A DNA stretch of 44,351 bases, counting the filler, from Sphacelaria rigidula (Eukaryota), in assembly GCA_964200075.2 (NCBI GenBank). It is 2 parts of 2 records of this genome, joined end to end, with 100 filler letters (N's around TTAATTAATTAA, not from the genome) between each part and the next. Parts side by side here need not be neighbours in the genome. Positions count along the whole stretch, not along the records: positions 22,242 to 44,351 come from CAXNAA020000352.1; 1 more part is not named here. The stretch is one strand, 5' to 3'. The position numbers and the translations under genes were made by a program. Below are positions 37,301 to 44,351 of the stretch, one piece after another. The notes under the pieces are model-generated. The model saw nothing but the letters and a program-made list of their open reading frames with translations. It did not search any database and was not told the DNA's origin. The stretch's first letter is position 1; every line of letters starts with the position of its first letter.

Positions 37301-40300
37301 GTTATCCTTTTGTAACAAACTTTCGTTTCTTACGTTCACACACTGACCCGCCTACCGTCTGCCTGAGGGGTTCAAATGGTGAGACGCTCATGAGGCAGCA
37401 TGGAACCCGTGACTGTCTCTGAAAGTGGCGATACCAGAAAATGAAGCAACTCACTGTAGACTGTCATCCATATGCGAGATAATCAGTACGCTTCGGGCCG
37501 AGTAATCTTAGCGGGATACAGCTCACCCTTCATGACGCTCGCCGAACACATCACGGCGATTCGCGCTTGTCGATTGATTGCGAGCCTTGTCCGGCGAAAA
37601 TCCGGCGTACTCCGTCCCGGCTTTGCAGGGATGCGAGGTCAATGGTCATAGGACTACGCCATGCAAGATCATGAGTACACCCGAGGGGTTCTGGCGCTTG
37701 AGTTATGAAACCATAAGGATAGGTCATGATTTTTCTTTTCGAGACAGATGGACATGGCGTGACACCGGACGGTGGGCACCTGCGCACAAGTAGGATGCGC
37801 TTCACCAACAGAGGGCGTTTTGACTTGCTTTTGTTGTAGAGACTCGAGTCTTCAAAATTACCCGTTTCCAAGACACTCCTCCGCAACAAGCTTATAGCGT
37901 GGAGAGAGTAAAATCGCCCCCATCGATCCATCCAACAGATGAACTTTCAGTGCACACACCAACACAATCCGCGCACGACATCGAGGGTATCAAGGCGGTC
38001 TCGATTCACGTCGGAGCCGTCGCGAAACGTCGGGTACAGCAGCTCGGCATATACGCCTGGTACTGGCTACTCAATTCTGGTTCATCCGCGATGTCTCCAA
38101 TTTCAACGGTGACTTCCAGAGATGACACTTTCTCCCGTGTCTCAACATTAGGGCTGTCTTCTCGACTCTAACGTCACGCGGAAAATGTGTATGCGCTAGT
38201 AGGCTGAATGGCCCCGAATCCATAGGCAGAGATACTCGCGTACAGCAAAGCAACTACTGTAGGTGGCACACCGCGGACAGCAACTTGAGTACACCACGCC
38301 CACGAGGTTGACACTGGTGTTGCTTCTTACGAGCAGCGTTGCGCACGCTGAGTCTCTTGCTGCGCAGCCCCGATCTCGTCTCAGAAAAATGCTGACAACT
38401 TACTCACTCATGTATGTGATGCGTTACTACAGTACATATTCTTGTTTGTGCCACGCGAGTTAGGTAGCTAGTCAACACTGGCGGAGACAGAGAAGGGAAC
38501 ATTACCAAGCGAGCTACGCACGTCAAAGTACACAGTGCTACTTGAGAATCTGAGCACGGTCTCAGCTATCCCGACTAGACGCACTCCCGCGGTCTGGTAC
38601 TCTGTGTGACTTGCGGCGCACGCCCAAGCAAACCTGTGACCATCACGGCGTGGTAGGGCCTCACAAATTGGAAGTCCAGCTGAGTGGCAAGTCACTGGTC
38701 TCCTGGTTGCACACTATGAATTCGTCGACTTAATAGTCGCTTGGGGGCGGTTTTATGCGACGCGTGCCACGGATCCGCCATCCCAATTGAACGTTCTCCC
38801 CATCCCCACCAATATTTTGGGGGTTGGCGTCGGCTGGCAACGACGCTGTGAAAGAACGCCTCTCACCGCGTAAGCTAGGTAATCAGGTACCCTTTCTCGT
38901 TTGTTGCAATGTTTACCGTAACCATAATGGCGGTCGAGCTAGATAAAATTGTGCGCGGTAGAGAACCCGAACTCCGCGCAAAGAGGATGATCGTACTACG
39001 TAGTGTTTATGTGGCGAGTCACCCATGAGGTAGTATGTAATCCATGTCTCTCTGGAAGTGGCGGTACCAAAACCTGAAACGATTCCTTGTAGGTTGTCAT
39101 CCATATGCAAGATAATTAGAAAGCTTCAGGTCCAACAATCTCAGAAGGATGCTGCTGGCCCTTCATGAGACTGGTCAAACACAACACGGCGCGTCACGCT
39201 TGGTGATTGTAAGCCTGGTCCGTCCCGGCTTTGTAGGGATGCAAAGTCAGTGGTCTTGTGACTACGGCATGCAACATTATCATGGGTACATTCCCAACTA
39301 CACATCCGTGTGTCTACGCGGAATATCGACCTGCCGGGAGATTCAGGTCGTGTTTGTTCGCATCTTAAGTAGTACGAGGCTCGATGTGACCAGCTCTTTA
39401 TCATGATGATGATGATGATGATGATCATCATCATCATCATCATCATCACCACCATCATCACCCTCAAATCACCCTCGAATCACCATCATCAACAACAAAA
39501 ACAGTAACGACGACGACGACGACAGGAAATCACGACCAACCCAACGACCAACCGAAAACACCGGAATCAACACTGGTACGCCCTGAAAAAGCAACGACGA
39601 CAGTGATACGACAACCGGACACTGCATACCGGGCGCGTCGAACGGCCTGTAGCACTCTCCGTGTAACCCGCTTGTTCGGATGCAAGAGCGTTCCATCAAG
39701 GTCTGATATCACCGCTCTGATTTCAGTTGCCCCATTTTTGGCGTCATGCTCGTAACGATGTCCGGTACACGATCTGGAGAGTTAGAAACGTTCATCAGAT
39801 ACGGTAAAAAAGTCAGCATTTTGATTCATCTCATCGGTCAAGGCATGTATTGATACTTAATCAAGGTCTACAGCGCAATCAAAACGTTGTGAATGTGTGC
39901 ATATTGAATTGTAATCGTCAACCTGCTTCTTGTGACCATTTCGGGCAATATTCGATGGTAGACCTTCCGATGCTGGACAGCCCTTGAGGGCAGTACAGTG
40001 GTACATGCACTGCCCCAGCCGGTAGCGTCGTTCGAGCGATTAGTACAACCGGCATCATCATCGCACAGCAAGAGTATTACATACACTATACAACGGTAAA
40101 AACTCATACAACCTACTAGTAGCGCTTTACCGCAGCGATCGCGGTGCTTGGGTGCCTTGTGGTACCTACTTGTATGCCGCAGCCGTGAGCTTAGGAAGTT
40201 GAGTACGGCGTCGACAAAAATCATCCCTTTCTCACCGAGCTGTTTTGAATATGCGAATACCGCTTGCCTGTGTTGTTGATGAATCCTCCGTGATATCACG

Positions 40301-43300
40301 GGTGACTCAATGTAGACCACATGGCTGCGAAACGCGCAAGCACTGCGAGATACATGCGGCCTAGCACTGGCTCGCGAAGCCGGATGCTATTTCAACAGGC
40401 GAGGTTTGGTGTGCAAAAAAGCACACGACCCGCAGCACGAGCTTATTTTGATGAAAAAAATCAGGTCAGGTCCGAGTCGAAGATTTTTTGGGCGCTGACT
40501 GCTCTCATGATGATCTGGGCGTGAAGACGGTACAACATCACTTTCGCGGATCATCTACACGTGGCAAGAAGCTGTGGGGTGTGTGGTGGAACATGCTTCG
40601 GACGCGATTCAAGTTCAAGTTCCGGTAGTGGGGTGCTTGCTCATTTGCTGATTTAATCCTATTATAACTGCTGCGCACAATACAGAAGTTCCAATGATAT
40701 TCGGCATGGTCGTGCGAACGATCATGAACAAAACGTGGGTTGGTCCACAAGGGAACTGACGTCATCAAATCGATTACTTGTGTCATACTTCCTCTGTGCC
40801 ACAAGTAAGGGTCCTTATGGGCGTTTAATGGTTGGGTATATCAACGTTGACGATCATCTTATGGTTCAGTCCGTTCGAGAGATAAAACGCAGACAAAGCT
40901 CGTGAAGAAAAAAAACGATAGAAAAAAGTTGTTCTCATCACTAAAATTATGTCGAAATATACCCCCATCTTGACCCTTCTTGATCGATTTATACCCCGTA
41001 ATTGACCGATTTCGGACGTTTTCACGTCAAGTACTAGGAATAACATGCTAACATAATGTTGGATGGGGCGTGCGCAGGTATATATCGCGGGCATGTCCAA
41101 AATAAGTGCTGGTTTCGCGATTGTCACATTTTCTGGCCCATTTTCCGTGATTTTTCGTGCTCCCGGGTCTCTCATGCTTTGCTGGGAAAACGAGCGAAAA
41201 GTGGCCGTTTTTGGACCGACCTGCTTCTTCTCGGCCGCGCGGCTGCATGGGTTAGGCACCCACGTTGTAGAAGGAATATTGGTTTCACCTCAAAAAGCGC
41301 CGACGAATGCAATAAAAAGATCGAAAATCAAGTATCACATCGTTGAGCGTCCATGTTGTTGTTGTTGTTATTGTTCTCTTCACATTAAAAGCCGTTCCGA
41401 TATCTGCGCGGTACATTGGTACTGGGANNNNNNNNNGTGGTCACAGGCTAGCAGAAAAAACCAAAATAAAATAAAATAGATCCAGAGTGAAAAACTCACA
41501 AAACGCGATACAAGCAAACATAAATAAAGAAGAAAGAAAGAAGTACATACTGCCAACCTCAGAAGATCCGGTGCCGCAGGTGGCCATTCGGACTTCAGGG
41601 AGTGGAACTCGGTTTTCCAAACTCGACGCGCGAATGCAATCATAAATACCTTTACTTGTGACACAGAGGAAGTACTAGTGCTAACTTGAGTCTTTGAGCG
41701 CCCGAACGCCAGTAGGCCATATTTTGTTTTAATTTTCGACGGGGGTTCGGAATAACTATTTTTGGTGAGCAGGCGACGCCTACATAGAAGAGGCTTAGTT
41801 CACCACTTTACTGCGCGTGATGGATACTCGTGCAATCGAGCGTGCAGGCAAGATAATGCCTGACCGTTTTGCTCTGCAATACTGCCGGTCAAAACGGAAA
41901 AATTACGATTTCGGTTCAGCATTCAAGCGACCTTTTACGTTTATCGGCCGCCCCGGTGACTCAGTTGGTAACCTCGAAAGCTTCCTCTGACGGTTAGGAC
42001 GTGGGTTCGAACATCGGTGAAGCCACACGATCTGGTAGTTTTTTTCTCACATCATGCCTAACAGTAGGGAGCGACGTCGTCGTGGGTACAAAACGTTCGA
42101 GTTCACCGTCGACGAGGGAAAGGTACCGCTCAACCCCTCCCGCGATTAAAAAAGGCAAGCACCGCGGACGGAAGGTGGGGCACCAAAACAAAATTACAAA
42201 AAAACTCTCGTGCTGACGTTCCTCCTGTGTGATCCCAGCTGACGCGCCCACATATACTGAAAGGTGTCGACTGGCGTGCAGGATGGATGGAATGATACCA
42301 AACGACTGACAGCACTTCGGGCCACCTATGCCTGTACTATTAATACGACGATCCCTCCACAACTGACGGGACTATCAGAGGCCGGGTTCTCGAAACAGAA
42401 GGTCGCTGGGGTTCGAAATTTAGGCCCCAGACTGACAACTCGCCTTGAAGACCACGTTAACACTATTGGCCATACTTCACCCCGAGATTACCACTATTGG
42501 ACGAAGCTGTCCCGACCACATCGAGATGCCCCTATTGTGTGCGCATCTGATATGCTTGTGGACACGTTTTTCGTCTTTCTTCCTCAGCTAGGGGCGTCTA
42601 AATACGGTTCATCTGACACGGGGATGGGGAGGGGCTGTCCTGAAAGGATTAGTGTTGGGATCTGCCCTACGATGAGCATGCGTCGGATACCACCGAAGCA
42701 CCCTCACGAGGCCGACCTTCGTGCCTGGACATGTATAGTGTACTCTTCTCCTTGCCCTCACCTGGCAACAAATAGCTGCGATGGTGGGGGCGCCGGCCAT
42801 GACAGAGTCGTTTTTGCGCTGCTGCTGTCCCTTCCAGAAGCGGGTATTTCAGCTTCCGCGTCGCCAAATGCATCCGACATGCTTGCGGTGCTGGCGCTTG
42901 GAGCTGCTGTTCAAAAGAAAGGGAGCGTCACGCCGTGTCAAAAGACGTCTTGTACGCAACACTTTGTCAAGACGGGTACACGTCAATCAAGCCAAGGCTC
43001 CTACAAATACCGATCTGGTGCAAAATATTACAAGTGGTATAGGCTGGTACGTTGACGGGCTACAAGATTTTTTGACCAGTTTCCCTCCCCCGTATCTGTG
43101 GTCTGGTCCGGCGAAAACCCAGCGTGCTCCGTCCCGGCTTTGGAGGGACGGACCCCTCATGGGGTTGGCATCGGTTGGCAACGACGCTGTAAACACACAA
43201 CACCCACTGCGTCAGTAGGTAACCGGGTTACTGTTTTTTATTGGGCGCTCGAGTTTTTTGTGCGGTAACCATCATGGTAATCGAGCTAGATTATATTCTG

Positions 43301-44181
43301 CGGGGTGGGAGAACCTCAATTCCGCGCAAAGGGGATCATCATACTACGTATAGTACTGGGCGCCTGAACTATGTTTTGTTCAGAAGGGTTTTTCTCGCGA
43401 CTAATCTTCGATATAACTCGAAAGAGCTAGCGTCGGTAGTTTTTGTTAGAGTATACATCTCGTCTTTCCCCCCAAGTGCCCGAGTTGGTGTTAGTCTGTT
43501 TTGTCGGGCGACACGAGTACATACTCCATTCATCAGGCGGTGTTTTTGACCGTAAAACACAGTTCTTCGGCCCTGGTGCAATGAGTAGATAAAGTTAAAA
43601 ACAAATGTAAATGTCTTCACTAATACGTTCGGGACAGGCTTGATCGACCGAAAATACCGAAGAGTCAGAATTTGGGCTGAAACGTGTCAACCCCCAATGA
43701 CCGGTCAGCTCGGAAGTCACTCATTATTGGAACTGGAGTTTAACTGGAACTGGTGATGAGGACTCCAGTTTATCCAGCTTATTCGAAGTTTGCCGTTACC
43801 GGCTACCATTTTTTGTATGGTGAGTATATAACAAAGATGCTTACATGATTACGAACGAAATGACAGTAGGATTGGGGTCTGTACCTGACAACAGTACAGG
43901 TACAGACAGTACAGTACAGTACAGTACTCGTGGTCACTACATCTCGAAGTGATATTCCGGATATATGCCAGGTTTGTCGTTTCATCGCACGACATCTGGA
44001 ATAAAAAATAGCCAACAAACGGTGATCCGCGACCACCAAAAAAATACGAAGTACACCATGGCTTACAATTCAACTGCATGCGTGCTTGTGGGTTCGGACG
44101 GGAATCATTTGGCGCTTTGATCCCCGCGTGCTGCCAGCCTTGGCTTTTTTGCATCCTCCTCTCCTCACGGAGAGTCTCCTG
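25142..44181 (-). CDS. Cof-type HAD-IIB family hydrolase/phosphatase (whole gene span; 5' end uncertain)
   Basis: Phase-consistent exons (minus): 44181/44154-44067, 42906-42762, 39773-39630, 36723-36597, 35166-34979, 34641-34608, 32798-32728, 29076-28911, 25312-25142. HAD motif I DLDGT, motif II ASGR, NG, EILPPGTSKA (motif III Lys), motif IV GDEEND, C-terminal TNALDGVA. Confidence 0.88.
26055..26625 (-). mobile_element. Decayed LINE 3' fragment (same family as 1-845) in the last HAD intron
   Basis: EEEVDA...DVLEDEMRDVNEGGMKSFDALDSREKT...DRWWPQTAKQDGD matches the 269-640 ORF; shares the gaccacgcatccctttcgagac segment. Confidence 0.75.
27015..27470. repeat. GTCCC/GGGAC-motif-rich repeat element
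   Basis: Many cgtcccg/cgggac motifs; palindrome ACGGGACGTCCCGT at 27241-27254 and 27424-27437. Confidence 0.6.
28911..29076 (-). CDS. HAD exon (motif III)
   Basis: ESVDAFRNDLEEHL...EMIEILPPGTSKAVGIEALLTTLDIPPEQ; tgcag acceptor, gtattt donor. Confidence 0.92.
29191..29786. mobile_element. Foldback/MITE-like long inverted repeat with a nested inverted duplication
   Basis: Arm pairs 29206-29286/29703-29781, 29303-29332/29656-29685, 29423-29518/29571-29663; plus 29191-29283 versus 29331-29423 at 91/93. Confidence 0.8.
31515..31720 (-). repeat. Dispersed repeat; copy of 3215-3410
   Basis: ctgagcaggacgagcacaagttga..cgcacaagca..cgcatggaa. Confidence 0.6.
32728..32798 (-). CDS. HAD exon (cap domain)
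   Basis: gatcag acceptor; VSCFESAIAGGMELNRLYFWGAS(R); gtagga donor; phase 0/2 bridges the neighbouring exons. Confidence 0.72.
34608..34641 (-). CDS. HAD 34-nt micro-exon
   Basis: cccag acceptor; (M)YENCKEPRPKE; gtgagg donor; phase 2/0. Confidence 0.72.
34979..35166 (-). CDS. HAD exon (start of cap domain)
   Basis: VFGQGAAGQRGNLIYSATLPSRLAMRVVEF...ALDERTR; cag acceptor, gtaagg donor. Confidence 0.85.
36597..36723 (-). CDS. HAD exon (motif II)
   Basis: AKGVLFIPASGRSSSGMFSAMGELGEDLRRDGSPFVSMNGLT; aag acceptor, gtacgg donor. Confidence 0.88.
37410..37800 (+). repeat. Dispersed repeat family X, copy A
   Basis: 37411-37680 aligns with ~39045-39300; ccggcgaaaa..tccgtcccggctttg shared with 43107-43150. 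Confidence 0.6.
38815..39390 (+). repeat. Dispersed repeat family X, copy B
   Basis: 38820-39005 aligns with 43160-43355 (ggggttggc..ggcaacgacgctgt..tcgagctagat..tccgcgcaaag..tactacgta); 3' half aligns with copy A. Confidence 0.6.
39403..39446. repeat. (ATG)n(ATC)n microsatellite forming a perfect 44-bp palindrome
   Basis: 22-nt arm 39403-39424 is the exact reverse complement of 39425-39446. Confidence 0.9.
39630..39773 (-). CDS. HAD exon (motif I)
   Basis: EIRAVISDLDGTLLHPNKRVTRRVLQAVRRAR; ccag acceptor, gtatgc donor. Confidence 0.92.
40788..41672. mobile_element. Stowaway-like (Tc1/mariner) MITE
   Basis: TIRs CTTCCTCTGTGCCACAAGTAAGGGT (40788-40812) and the reverse complement at 41648-41672 match 23/25; TA on both flanks; no transposase ORF; contains a 9-N gap. 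Confidence 0.72.
41950..42315 (+). mobile_element. tRNA-derived SINE-like element, copy 3
   Basis: gccccggtgactcagttggt...gggttcgaac...gtcgtgggtaca...gaaaggtgtcgactggcgt. Confidence 0.78.
42762..42906 (-). CDS. HAD gene upstream linker exon
   Basis: Pyrimidine tract and gaacag acceptor; APSASTASMSDAFGDAEAEIP...PPPSQLFVA; gtgagg donor; phase 2 joins the motif-I exon. Confidence 0.65.
43095..43355 (+). repeat. Dispersed repeat family X, copy C
   Basis: Shares segments with copies A and B as described. Confidence 0.6.
44067..44181 (-). CDS. Candidate first or internal exon of the HAD gene
   Basis: (QETLREERR)MQKSQGWQHAGIKAPNDSRPNPQARMQLN with gtaagc donor; phase 1 joins the 42906 exon; start either at ATG 44154 or after the tacag acceptor (exon from 44181). 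Confidence 0.4.
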
Positions 44182-44351
44182 CTGTATATTACAGATGAAT
44201 GGTTTTTAAATCGCTCACCGCTTTGAATGATTTGAATGTCATCCGAGAATGCCAAAAAATCCAATCCGAGACTCTATGTTCCTTTTTTGAATCCTGGAGT
44301 TTTTTTGGGGAGGGTGGGGGGGGGGGGGGGGTCGTAATAATATATTTGATT

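Noticed and set aside
42264..43055. 263-aa + strand ORF
   Set aside because: Starts in the SINE tail, runs antisense to a HAD exon, and has no recognisable domain.

Overview
Eukaryotic, intron-rich genomic DNA. Gene structure and repeat types suggest a brown alga (Ectocarpus-like); this is inference. Most ORFs in the supplied track are spurious. Manual GT-AG splicing reconstructs: (1) a 19-exon NIMA-related kinase gene (NEK1-like, + strand, 2547-19834, ~2160 aa) with an intact kinase domain, a very long low-complexity middle and a NEK1-type C-terminal helical domain; (2) the orphan last exon of a convergent minus-strand gene (20624-20785); (3) a Cof-type HAD-IIB phosphatase gene on the minus strand (8-9 exons, 25142 to ~44181, possibly 5'-incomplete), whose most upstream candidate exon weakly resembles the YbeY-to-HAD junction of plant YbeY-HAD fusions. 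An artificial 100-nt N/TTAATTAATTAA spacer at 22142-22241 joins two contigs, so adjacency of the two halves is unproven. Non-coding DNA holds decayed LINE 3' ends, three tRNA-headed SINE-like copies with an internal oligo-T, a Stowaway-like MITE with TA target duplication, a foldback element with a nested 93-bp inverted duplication, and short-motif arrays. I found no convincing evidence of a wholly new biological system; the best leads are listed as findings.
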